Shown in pieces: positions 9,546 through 19,943 of a stretch of 64,000 bases of DNA. A program made the translations under genes and the position numbers. Source of the stretch: an uncultured Nitrospiraceae bacterium. GTDB lineage: Bacteria > Nitrospirota > Nitrospiria > Nitrospirales > Nitrospiraceae. The stretch's first letter is position 1. Each line of letters starts with the position of its first letter. The DNA lies in NCBI GenBank assembly GCA_963730935.1, contig CAVSTP010000003.1, positions 288,001 to 352,000 on the forward strand, written 5' to 3'. The notes beneath the pieces were generated by a model. The model was not told the origin of the DNA. It worked only from the letters and a program-made list of their open reading frames with translations, and did no database searches.

Positions 9546-10319
9546 CTAGTGTTTAGATCTGTTCTTTGCGGCGAGGATGATTGTAGCAAATGACTCCGTC
9601 TTCAGACAAGCCCCGCCGACCAGCGCGCCATCGATGTCGGATTCGCTCAGGAGAGATGACGCGTTTTGTGGCGTGACGCTCCCTCCGTAGAGAATCCTCA
9701 TGTGTTTCGCTGCTTCCCCGGACCAGCCGGCGGCGATGCGGGCGCGGATCGCGCGGTGTACGGCGACGGCTTGTTCCGTCGTGGCCGCATGCCCGGTGCC
9801 GATGGCCCACACCGGTTCGTAGGCAAGGGTCACGGCGTCCAATTCTTTGGCGCTCAGCTCCGCGAGTCCAGCGGCGACCTGACTCGTCACCACCGCATCG
9901 GTGCGTTCCGATTGGCGCTCGGCGAGAGATTCGCCGACGCAGAGGATTGGGCGAAGTCCGTTGGCCAAGGCCGAGCGGACTTTCCTGTGAATGTCGACGT
10001 CGCGCTCGCCGAACAATGCTCGCCGTTCCGAATGGCCGACGATGACATAGGTGCAGCCAAGGTCGCGCAACATCGGGCCTGAGACTTCGCCGGTGAACGC
10101 GCCCTGTTGTTCCCAATGAAGATTCTGCGCGCCGAGCGCCAGGTGGGAGGCGGAGCCCAGAGCGCGATGCACCGATTCCAACGCCGTAAATGGCGGGGCC
10201 AGCACGATCTCGACGGCAGGATCCTTGTGCAGGGCGCTGGCCAGTTCCTGCACGAAGCGGACGGCCTCGGAGGCCGTCTTGTTCATCTTCCAATTCCCGA
10301 CAATGAGGGTAGTGCGCAC
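9546..10319 (-). CDS. tpiA: Triosephosphate isomerase
   Basis: GNWKMN, GHSERR, AYEPVWAIGTG, LYGGSV, LVGGA. Confidence 0.98.
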   Translation of the reverse strand: MRTTLIVGNWKMNKTASEAVRFVQELASALHKDPAVEIVLAPPFTALESVHRALGSASHLALGAQNLHWEQQGAFTGEVSGPMLRDLGCTYVIVGHSERRALFGERDVDIHRKVRSALANGLRPILCVGESLAERQSERTDAVVTSQVAAGLAELSAKELDAVTLAYEPVWAIGTGHAATTEQAVAVHRAIRARIAAGWSGEAAKHMRILYGGSVTPQNASSLLSESDIDGALVGGACLKTESFATIILAAKNRSKH

Positions 10320-10333
10320 GGGTTGTTGATTCG

Positions 10334-11533
10334 CTAGTCTTTGCGCTCGGGCAGGGCGACGAGGCCGGGCAGCGGTTTGCCTTCCAACAATTCGAGCGCT
10401 GCGCCGCCGCCGGTGGAAATGAAGGAAATATTCTCGGATTCACCGGCTCGATGGATCGCCATGGCGGTTTCACCGCCGCCGACGATCGTCAGGGCGTAGG
10501 CGTCGGCAATCGCGTGAGCGACCGATAAGGTGCCGCGCGCAAATGCATCGATCTCGAAGACGCCCATCGGACCGTTCCAGAGAATGGTCTTGGCATTCTG
10601 CACGGCTTCCCCGAAGAGCTTCACCGAGGCGGGACCGATGTCGAGGGCATACCAGCCTTTGGGAATTTCCTGGACCGGGACAATCTTGGTTTCGGCGCCA
10701 GGCTCGCGGCTGGCGGCCACGACGCAATCAACCGGCAGGTAGAATTTCACGCCGCGTGAAAACGCATGATCTTCGATGCCCTTCGCGAAATCGAGCATGT
10801 CGTTTTCAACCAGGGAGTTGCCGATTTCGAGCCCTTTGGCTTTCAAAAAGGTGAAGGCCATGCCGCCGCCGATGATGACCTTGTCCACGCGCTTGCCGAG
10901 GTTCTCGATGACGCCGATCTTCCCGGAGACTTTGGCGCCGCCGAGAATGGCGACGAACGGCCGCACGGGATTTTCGACTGCTCCTTCGAGGTATTCGATT
11001 TCCTTTTTCAGGAGAAAGCCCGCGGCGGCAACGGGCACGTACTTCGTGATCCCGACCGTAGAAGCGTGGGCCCGGTGCGCGGCGCCGAAGGCATCGTTGA
11101 TGTAGACGTCGCCGAGTGCAGCCAGCGACTTCGAGAATGTCTCATCATTTTTTTCTTCGCCGGGATGAAACCGAAGGTTTTCGAGGAGCATGACGTCGCC
11201 CGGCTTCATTTTGGCGACGAGGCTTTCGATATTCGGGCCGATGCAGTCGGGCGCAAAGATGACGTCTTTTCCGAGCAGCCGTCCCAGCCGCTTCGCTACG
11301 GGCGCCAGACTGAATTTTGGATCGAACGCGCCCTTGGGGCGGCCGAGGTGGGAGCAGACAATGGCTTTTCCGCCGTCGTCGACCACACGGTTGATCGTCG
11401 GAAGCGTGGAGCGGATCCGGGTGTCGTCCGTGATTTGCAGCGAATCGTCGAGGGGCACGTTGAAATCGGCGCGGATGATCACCCGCTTGCCGGACAGCGA
11501 GATGTCGTCGATCGTCTGCTTATGCAAATTCAT
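10334..11533 (-). CDS. pgk: Phosphoglycerate kinase
   Basis: RADFNVP, SHLGRP, LLENLRF, DAFGAAHR, WNGPMG, STGGGA. Confidence 0.98.
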   Translation of the reverse strand: MNLHKQTIDDISLSGKRVIIRADFNVPLDDSLQITDDTRIRSTLPTINRVVDDGGKAIVCSHLGRPKGAFDPKFSLAPVAKRLGRLLGKDVIFAPDCIGPNIESLVAKMKPGDVMLLENLRFHPGEEKNDETFSKSLAALGDVYINDAFGAAHRAHASTVGITKYVPVAAAGFLLKKEIEYLEGAVENPVRPFVAILGGAKVSGKIGVIENLGKRVDKVIIGGGMAFTFLKAKGLEIGNSLVENDMLDFAKGIEDHAFSRGVKFYLPVDCVVAASREPGAETKIVPVQEIPKGWYALDIGPASVKLFGEAVQNAKTILWNGPMGVFEIDAFARGTLSVAHAIADAYALTIVGGGETAMAIHRAGESENISFISTGGGAALELLEGKPLPGLVALPERKD

Positions 11534-11591
11534 GGGCTGTCCTATGGGTCAGCGTGGAGCGGGCTGACGAATCATGCGGGAAGGTTAGGGC

Positions 11592-12620
<1,029 letters not shown>

Positions 12621-12870
12621 TCAAAAAAACCCGTTCTTTCCGTTGCAACGATGGCGATAGTATCGGCGGTTACCCCTCTGAGTCAAGCGATACAAAAGTG
12701 GTAACCCCGCGTTGTCAGAGAGTTTTCAGACACCTCGATTCAGAACGGCTGCAGCCACCGGCCGGCGCCTTCTGCCTCCATGCCGGCTTGCGTGTCGGAT
12801 AGCCTGTTCGCTAGAGTTTCCTTCCGTTTGGCAGAGCGGACATAATATCAATCACGTCGAGGATATCCCG

Positions 12871-15246
12871 TTGTTCGATCAGACGACCGAGGTGTTGGAA
12901 TGGAAGAAGCTGCTGGCGCTTCTAGCCGGTCACACGCGTTCGACGAGAGGCGCGGCGCGGGCTCGGTCCGGTGTGCTTTCGTCCGATCTTGCAGAAGCGC
13001 GCCGTCTTCAGCAGCTCACGACGGAAATGGCAGGGCTCCAGGATGGTCCCGATCCCATGCCCGTGATGGCCTTTCCCGATGTCGAAGAAGCGGTGGGACG
13101 GGCCGACAAGGGAGCCGTGCTCGAAACCCACGACCTGCGCGATCACACCGTCGTTCTCGCGCTGTGGGACGAGGTTCAGCGCCATCTGGCCAGGCACGCG
13201 CACGACGCGCCTACGCTGGTTGGGGCAGCGTCGGCGCTGTCGGCCGGCCACGAGCTGCGCGGCATTAGGGCAACGCTGGAGGCTTCCATTCAACCGGACG
13301 GATCGATCAGTGATTCGGCGACTCCGGAATTGCGCCGGCTCACACAGCACGCCAACGAGCTCAAGCAAGAAATCCGTCATCGCCTCGAACACATCCTTCA
13401 TTCACAGCGCTACGAAGAGGTTCTCCAGGAACGCTACTTTGCAGAGCGGGAGGGCCGGTATGTCGTTCCCATCAAGACCGATATGCAGCGGCGTGTCCCC
13501 GGCATTGTCCACGACGTATCTGCCAGCGGCGCCACGGTCTTTCTGGAGCCTCGGGAGCTGGTCGATCTGAACAATGCGATCAAGGTCGCCGATCGTGAGA
13601 TCGATCGCGAAGTCATGCGGATTCTTCGTGAGCTGTCCGGCCGTATCGCTCAACAAGCCCGCACCATTCTTGCCGGACTTGACGCCCTTGCGGAGTTGGA
13701 TGTGGTCGCAGCGCGAGTTGCCTTTGGTCGGCAACTCCGGGCCCATTCGGTCCTTCTGAACGACGAGGGCCGCATCAGGCTAAGGCAGGCACGACATCCC
13801 TTATTGGTCCTCTCCAAACCGCACGTCGTCGCCAACGATCTGGTGCTCGACGATCAAGTCCAGGTCCTCGTGATCTCCGGACCGAACACAGGCGGGAAGA
13901 CGGTCACGCTGAAAATCGTCGGACTGTTTGCCTTGATGGTGAAGACTGGCATGCATCTGCCCTGTGAACCCGAGTCGGAAATGGCGGTGTTCCCGGAGCT
14001 GTTCGCCGACATCGGTGATGCGCAGGATCTCGCGCGTGACTTGTCGAGTTTCTCGGCCCATATGACGCAGATGGTTGAGTTGTTGAAGAGGACGTATGCG
14101 GGCCGCCAGGCGCTTGTGCTGCTCGATGAGCCGGTGACCTCGACTGATCCGATCGAAGGCGCGGCACTGGCCGAAGTCTTGTTATGTCGTCTCGCTGCGC
14201 TGGGGATGAAGGTCATCGTGACGACACATTACCGCTCCCTGAAAGCCCTGGCGCAAACGACCCCGGGATTCGGCAATGCCAGTGTGGAGTTCGACATGGC
14301 GACGCTGGCCCCGACGTACCGGTTGTTCATGGGCGTGCCCGGCGGGTCATCGGCCATCGAGATCGCCGGGCGTCTTGGAATGGAACAGGCCATTCTCGAC
14401 GAGGCAAGGCAAAAACTGAAATCGGAGGACCGGACGTTCGAGCAGATGCTCGCCGACCTGCATGACAAACAGCGGCAGTTGACCATCGACCTGGCACGCG
14501 CCGTCGAAGCGAGGGCTGAAGCCGAGGGCGCTGCGGCACAGGCCAGAGCGCAGCTTGCCAAGCTGGAGGCGACCGAGCGTGAGGAGCGCAAAGGCATCAA
14601 AAAGCGTTTGCAGGAACAGTTCAGCCGTGCGCGCGCCGAGGTGCAAGCGACGGTCGACGAGGTCAAGCGTGAGCAGAAATTGATCAAGGCAAAAGAGGCC
14701 AAAGAACGCCTGATGGAACTGGAGACCCGAGCGCAGGCCGATCTCGCGCCGGTGGCGGCATCCATTCCACTAGAGCAGCTCGAGGTCGGTGATCAGGTCG
14801 AGATCGGTGGATTGGGCATGACGGGAACCTTGCTCGAGGCGCCCCGTGGGAAGAAACGCGTCCGCGTGAAGGTCGGCGAAGGTGAACTCCTTGCCACCGT
14901 GGCCAATCTTACGGGCGTCGGCCGAGCGTCGGAATCACGGCCGACACCTGCTCCTTTTTCCATATCGCAGCCGGCGGCCACAGGTCGTGCGTACCATGCG
15001 GAAGAACACCGGGTGGTCGACGTACGAGGTCATGCGGCCGACGAGGCGCTCGAGCACGTGACGGCGGCGCTGGATCGGGCCACTCTTGAAGGCGCGCCGT
15101 CTCTCCGCATCATCCACGGCCATGGAACGGGAAAACTCAAGGCCGCGTTGCGAACCTATCTGAGAGATTCACCGTATGTTGCGCATGCCCGCCCTGGCGA
15201 TCGAGGGGAGGGTGGCGACGGAGTGACGATCGTAACTATACGATAG
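12871..15246 (+). CDS. mutS2: Endonuclease MutS2 (Smr domain)
   Basis: HDVSASGATVFLEP, GPNTGGKT, SSFSAHM, IIHGHGTG, GGDGVT; probable TTG start at 12871 after GAGGA. Confidence 0.93.
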   Translation: MFDQTTEVLEWKKLLALLAGHTRSTRGAARARSGVLSSDLAEARRLQQLTTEMAGLQDGPDPMPVMAFPDVEEAVGRADKGAVLETHDLRDHTVVLALWDEVQRHLARHAHDAPTLVGAASALSAGHELRGIRATLEASIQPDGSISDSATPELRRLTQHANELKQEIRHRLEHILHSQRYEEVLQERYFAEREGRYVVPIKTDMQRRVPGIVHDVSASGATVFLEPRELVDLNNAIKVADREIDREVMRILRELSGRIAQQARTILAGLDALAELDVVAARVAFGRQLRAHSVLLNDEGRIRLRQARHPLLVLSKPHVVANDLVLDDQVQVLVISGPNTGGKTVTLKIVGLFALMVKTGMHLPCEPESEMAVFPELFADIGDAQDLARDLSSFSAHMTQMVELLKRTYAGRQALVLLDEPVTSTDPIEGAALAEVLLCRLAALGMKVIVTTHYRSLKALAQTTPGFGNASVEFDMATLAPTYRLFMGVPGGSSAIEIAGRLGMEQAILDEARQKLKSEDRTFEQMLADLHDKQRQLTIDLARAVEARAEAEGAAAQARAQLAKLEATEREERKGIKKRLQEQFSRARAEVQATVDEVKREQKLIKAKEAKERLMELETRAQADLAPVAASIPLEQLEVGDQVEIGGLGMTGTLLEAPRGKKRVRVKVGEGELLATVANLTGVGRASESRPTPAPFSISQPAATGRAYHAEEHRVVDVRGHAADEALEHVTAALDRATLEGAPSLRIIHGHGTGKLKAALRTYLRDSPYVAHARPGDRGEGGDGVTIVTIR

Positions 15247-15284
15247 TCGGCAGATCAGGATGCGGGGATGGGGCCTCGTGCGTA

Positions 15285-16640
15285 CTACGAGATGTGGTAT
15301 TTCGCCATGCGATAGCGGAGTGTATTGCGCGTAATCTTGAGCAGACGGCTCGCTTCGGACACATTGCCGGCCGCCTTGCGAAGCGCCTCTTCCAGTATTT
15401 TCTTCTCCATTTCCTGAAACGAGAGCCCGAAGGCCAGCAACGAAGTCTTTTCTGAGGAGACGCTCGATGCGGAGACCTTTGCCGTGCGAAACGTTGACGG
15501 CAAATGGTCCGGTTGGATCGTTCCGCTCTTGCAGGTGATCGTCAATCCCTCCACCACATTATGAAGTTCCCGTATGTTGCCAGGCCAATCGTGCCGCTCG
15601 AGCAGTGCCAGCGCCTCGGGAGCGAGGCCTTGAATGCGGCATCCACGATGTTCTCGCGCGTCCTCGAGAAAGGATTTCAGGATGGGTGCAATGTCGTCCG
15701 GCCGTGCGCGGAGCGGTGGGAGGCGGAGTTGATACACGTTCAATCGATAGAACAGGTCGAGGCGAAAGCGGCCGGCCTTGATCTGAGCCGGCAGGTCTTC
15801 GTTGGTGGCCGCGATGACGCGGATGTTCACTTTGATGCTGTGCGTATCGCCGAGGGGATCGACGATGTGATCTTCCAGGACGCGGAGCAGTTTGGCCTGT
15901 GCCGGAAGGCTCATCTCGCCGATTTCGTCGAGGAAGAGCGTCCCACCGGCAGCGAGCTGGAACTTGCCCGGTTTCGCGTGCTTGGCATCCGTGAAGGCAC
16001 CGCGCTGATAGCCGAAGAGTTCTGATTCCAGCAGCGGTTCGGGAATGCCGGCGCAGTTCAATGCCAGGAACGGCCCTTTTGATCGGGGACTGGCCGCGTG
16101 GATGGCACGCGCGAACAATTCCTTGCCAGTGCCGCTTTCACCGGTGATGAGCACGGTCGCATCGGTGACGGCGACTTCTCCGGCGAGCCGCTTCACCAGT
16201 TGCATTTGCGGAGAGACGCTGATGATGTGGTCGAACGCGAATAGTCCGTCCCGTTTCGGGTTGGCCGTCGAATGCGTCACGTATGAAGCCCGGATCGAGG
16301 CGTTGATGGCGTCGGCGGTGACGGGTTTGGGCAGATAATCGACCGCACCCTCGCGGACGGCGTTGAGCGCGGCGCTGGCGGTATCAGATTCGCCGAGCAC
16401 GATGACAGGCACTGGAATGTCAGCCTGCCCTGCTTGTGCGAGCAGCGACTTCCGTGCGATGCGCCCGCCGCTGTCGTCACAAAAGACCAAGGTCAGGTCA
16501 TGTCGCTCTCCTAGCAGGCGAAGGCCGGCTTCGGTCGTTGTTGCAACCAGAACCGTAGCCGTCTGCTCGGAAAGTGCGTGTTCGAGAGTCGTTCTCGAGG
16601 AGGGGTCAGCCGATATCAGGGCGACAATCGGGGCGTGCAT
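15285..16640 (-). CDS. Sigma-54-dependent Fis-family transcriptional activator with degenerate receiver domain
   Basis: GESGTGKE, ESELFG, GAFTDA, LFLDEIGE, WPGNIREL, C-terminal HTH. Confidence 0.92.
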   Translation of the reverse strand: MHAPIVALISADPSSRTTLEHALSEQTATVLVATTTEAGLRLLGERHDLTLVFCDDSGGRIARKSLLAQAGQADIPVPVIVLGESDTASAALNAVREGAVDYLPKPVTADAINASIRASYVTHSTANPKRDGLFAFDHIISVSPQMQLVKRLAGEVAVTDATVLITGESGTGKELFARAIHAASPRSKGPFLALNCAGIPEPLLESELFGYQRGAFTDAKHAKPGKFQLAAGGTLFLDEIGEMSLPAQAKLLRVLEDHIVDPLGDTHSIKVNIRVIAATNEDLPAQIKAGRFRLDLFYRLNVYQLRLPPLRARPDDIAPILKSFLEDAREHRGCRIQGLAPEALALLERHDWPGNIRELHNVVEGLTITCKSGTIQPDHLPSTFRTAKVSASSVSSEKTSLLAFGLSFQEMEKKILEEALRKAAGNVSEASRLLKITRNTLRYRMAKYHIS

Positions 16641-16768
16641 AGGAGCGCTCCTTTATCAGGCTCCATCGCGAACCACCGAAACTCCAAGGTAGCCTACTCC
16701 TATTTCCGGGCTGATGGAAGGGGCATCAGGCAGGGATGGTGTAAGGTGCTAAATGTAGGTAGTCATAT

Positions 16769-17710
16769 CTACTTGTTCTCTTCGGCGATGGCGACGTTCC
16801 GCCGCAACCCGGAGAGCGTTGCCCTTCGAATCGGACTCTGCCGAAACCGCTCGACAAAGGTACCTTCATCGAGACCAGCAAGTTCCTCCAGCCGCGGAGC
16901 GAGTGTCGTCGGTAAAGGCTGGAATGCAGAATCTGTCGTCGGTTCCGCGCGGAGATTGAAGGGACAGACATCCAAGCAGTCGTCGCATCCGAAGATGCGA
17001 TTTCCCATGCCTGCGGCGAGGTCGTCGGCTATTTCTTCGCGAGCGCCTCGAAACTCGATCGTCAAATAGGAAACGCAGCGAGTCGCATCGACGACGTAGG
17101 GCTCAGTGATGGCCTGAGTGGGGCAGGCCTGAATGCAGAGGGAACAACTTCCGCAGAGATCCGTCGCCGGCGTGTCCGGAGGGAGATCGATTGTCGTCAA
17201 AATTTCGCCCAGTACCAGCCAGCTGCCATGATCAGCGGACACGAGATTCGAATGTTTTCCGATCCAGCCCAGGCCGGCCTGTTGGGCCCATGCCTTTTCC
17301 ATCACTGGCCCGGTGTCCACATAAGACCGTGTGACGGCATCTGGCGCCCATTCACGCAATTTCGCTTCAAGGAGCGCCAGCCGATCGCCGAGGATGCGGT
17401 GATAGTCCCTCCCCCAAGCGTAGCGGGCGATCCGGCCGTATCCCTGGACTTCGGTGGCGCGATACCCGCTGTCGTAGTTCATTCCGACGGCGATGATCGA
17501 CCGGCAACCCGGCAGGACGACGCGTGGGTCTGCGCGCCGCGCGGGGTCGCGGGCCATCCACCCCATGGTGCCGTGAAACCCTCGGCGCAACCAGGCTTGT
17601 AGCCGATGGAGCAGACGCTCGTCAGCGGCTTGTGGGCTGACCGCCGCAATGCCGACGGCATCGAAGCCCAGCAACTGAGCCTCGTGTTTGATGGTTTCTG
17701 CAAGAGACAT
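16769..17710 (-). CDS. queG: Epoxyqueuosine reductase
   Basis: IARYAWGRDYH, VDTGPVMEK, CGSCSLCIQACPT, CVSYLTIE, FGCDDCLDVCPFN. Confidence 0.95.
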   Translation of the reverse strand: MSLAETIKHEAQLLGFDAVGIAAVSPQAADERLLHRLQAWLRRGFHGTMGWMARDPARRADPRVVLPGCRSIIAVGMNYDSGYRATEVQGYGRIARYAWGRDYHRILGDRLALLEAKLREWAPDAVTRSYVDTGPVMEKAWAQQAGLGWIGKHSNLVSADHGSWLVLGEILTTIDLPPDTPATDLCGSCSLCIQACPTQAITEPYVVDATRCVSYLTIEFRGAREEIADDLAAGMGNRIFGCDDCLDVCPFNLRAEPTTDSAFQPLPTTLAPRLEELAGLDEGTFVERFRQSPIRRATLSGLRRNVAIAEENK

Positions 17711-17773
17711 GACGAGTAGATATTCGCAGATCGTCACCCCGGAGCTGCCCCGGAGGCGTGAGCCCAACAGAAT

Positions 17774-18148
17774 TCAGTGGGGATTGCAGTCGAACCGGAC
17801 AATGAACTGGACGGAGCACTGTGCAGTGCCGCAGCGGCCGCAGGTCCCGATGATCTTGGTTTTCCAATCGGTGTGCTTCTCGTCAAAGCGGCAAACGGTC
17901 TTACCCCCTTTGGAAATGGTCGTCCAGGGTTTGTTCGTGCCGGGCGCATTGGCCACAAGGCAGCCGGCGGGAATGGGAACCTGGCACGCGTGAGAGGGTT
18001 CGCCCTTGGCCATCCCAAAACTGCAGGCCTGTTCGGTCGTGGCAGGGAATTCCGAGGGCATCTGGGCATTGGCATTCGAAAGCGGCAACGCAAGGAGGGT
18101 GAAGACGAACGCTCCACCGAGGATGAAAGAGGCACGTCTCCCCCGCAT
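17774..18148 (-). CDS. Small secreted cysteine-rich hypothetical protein
   Basis: Signal peptide ending ANA-Q, 8 Cys in mature part, TGC-TACCAT box 7 nt upstream of ATG; C-terminal part of ORF 17774..19024. Confidence 0.65.
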   Translation of the reverse strand: MRGRRASFILGGAFVFTLLALPLSNANAQMPSEFPATTEQACSFGMAKGEPSHACQVPIPAGCLVANAPGTNKPWTTISKGGKTVCRFDEKHTDWKTKIIGTCGRCGTAQCSVQFIVRFDCNPH

Positions 18149-18259
18149 GGCCACGATGGTAGCACAGTCTCTTCGCTTGCGGCCACCGACACGACTGCGT
18201 AGAATCTGACGGAGATGAGAAATCGGTGAATGAGGGGCATTATCTAGGGGAGGACACTC

Positions 18260-19372
18260 ATGCTTGCGACGCGCATCCGTCAAAAGGAAGGCACGTTTTA
18301 CTTCATCTCCTACAATGCGGTCGACCTCCTGGACAAGGTGCGGTTTACAAGCCGGTATTTCTTTGAAGGTGAAGAAATTGCTCAGGCGAAGATCTCCGAG
18401 CATGACGACGTCGCCCAATTCATCGCCGGCATTGAACGGAGCGAGAAGGGATTCCAGCGTCAATTGAACCGGCAAAAAGTGAAACAGATCGTCAACTTTT
18501 ATGAGACGGTCGTCGCACAACCGATGATTCCCGGGACGGTTTTGATTTTTACGGATGAGACGCTCCGCTTCCAGCGGTCGGGAGACTCGGAATCCGTAGG
18601 CCATCTCAGCGAGCCCAAGGGCAAATACCTGGTGATCGACGGACAGCACCGGCTGGCCGGGCTGCACTTTTTCCGCGCCAAGCACCCGGATCAGATTGCC
18701 AGTGTCGAGGTGCCGTGCGTCCTGTTCGACGGCCGCAGCGGCGATTTTGCGACGGAAATGTTCGTCATCATCAATAGCACGCATACTCGCATCAACCGGT
18801 CGCATCTCGTGGACCTCTACGAGAAAGTGTCCTGGGAAACTCCAGAAAAAAAGTTTTCCGCGAAGGTCGTCAACCTGCTCTATGCCGAAGACGATTCGCC
18901 GCTCCAATACAAGATCAACAGGCTCGGCGGGCGGAGTAAACAGGAAAAGTGGATTCTGCAATCGGAGGTCTTCAACGAGTTGCTCAAGGTAGTGACTGCC
19001 CACAAGCGCTGGATGGAATCGCACCTCGGGATGAAGGCCGACCGCTGCTATGCACTGGTCAGGGACTATTTAAAAGGCGTCAAAGAGGTGATGGAGGAAG
19101 TCTGGGGCAACAACGAACGCTATATGTTCACGCGGGACGTCACGCTCAAGGCGTTGATCCGCGTGCTGGACGATCTCATCGTCGACCGTAAATTGATTGC
19201 GGACTGGGACGCGCAGCGGTCTCACAAGCCTTTTGTCGAAATCGTCAAGCCTTGGGCAGCGCTGGCGAAGGAATTCCGTGCAGAGGGTTTCTACGAGCGT
19301 TTTGCCGCGAAAGGACAGCTGGAACGGGTGCGGAAGATCCACCAGCGGCTGCTAGATGCGATCGTCGGGTAG
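18260..19372 (+). CDS. DGQHR-domain protein (DndB/DpdB-like, ParB superfamily)
   Basis: GFQR, VIDGQHRLAGL, FVIINS motifs; SD GGAGG. Confidence 0.88.
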   Translation: MLATRIRQKEGTFYFISYNAVDLLDKVRFTSRYFFEGEEIAQAKISEHDDVAQFIAGIERSEKGFQRQLNRQKVKQIVNFYETVVAQPMIPGTVLIFTDETLRFQRSGDSESVGHLSEPKGKYLVIDGQHRLAGLHFFRAKHPDQIASVEVPCVLFDGRSGDFATEMFVIINSTHTRINRSHLVDLYEKVSWETPEKKFSAKVVNLLYAEDDSPLQYKINRLGGRSKQEKWILQSEVFNELLKVVTAHKRWMESHLGMKADRCYALVRDYLKGVKEVMEEVWGNNERYMFTRDVTLKALIRVLDDLIVDRKLIADWDAQRSHKPFVEIVKPWAALAKEFRAEGFYERFAAKGQLERVRKIHQRLLDAIVG

Positions 19373-19943
19373 GAACCAAGCGGGCGGCCGATGGCTTCTC
19401 CTGTGTGTGCTCTCTTCCTTCTGGTGGACTTCCGCGCTCGGCAGTGACTCTCCCCAGGAATTTCTCCAAGTCAAGACGGATCCTGCGGGCGGAGTGATCG
19501 CGACCGCCCGCGTCCTGTTTCCGGCCGGTCCCGAGATCATCCACTCACTGCTGACCGATTTTCGGCGCTGGCCTGAACTGTTTGAAGTTCGGATGCGGCT
19601 GGTCGATCTGCAAATCCGGCAGGATGTGGTGATGACCGACCTCCGCATTGAGCATGCGCTGTTGCCCGGCGAGCGGCGGCTGGTGACCGAATCACGGGCG
19701 ACGGCCAACGAAGGCATCGTCACCGATCTCGTCGAGGGGGATTTCAAACGGTATCACCGGGTGTGGAAACTCTCGCCGGCAAATGAGGGAAGGGAGACCT
19801 ACGCCGACTTTGAACTCAAGGTCGCCATCGATTCCATCGTGCCGGACTGGTTGGTGGCCCTGGCGACCAGGCGAGAACTCGAGGCGCACTTTCGGATCGT
19901 GAAGGAAAAGGCGCGCGCCCGTGCGACTAAGTCGGAAAAGTGA
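19356..19943 (+). CDS. SRPBCC/START (polyketide cyclase-like) protein with signal peptide
   Basis: LTDFRRWPELF, DLVEGDFKRYHRVWKL, VPDWLV pattern; overlaps DGQHR stop. Confidence 0.7.
   Translation: MRSSGRNQAGGRWLLLCVLSSFWWTSALGSDSPQEFLQVKTDPAGGVIATARVLFPAGPEIIHSLLTDFRRWPELFEVRMRLVDLQIRQDVVMTDLRIEHALLPGERRLVTESRATANEGIVTDLVEGDFKRYHRVWKLSPANEGRETYADFELKVAIDSIVPDWLVALATRRELEAHFRIVKEKARARATKSEK

Noticed and set aside
18149..19024. N-terminal part of 416-aa minus-strand ORF 17774..19024
   Set aside because: Antisense to the DGQHR gene; only the last 124 codons look like a real protein
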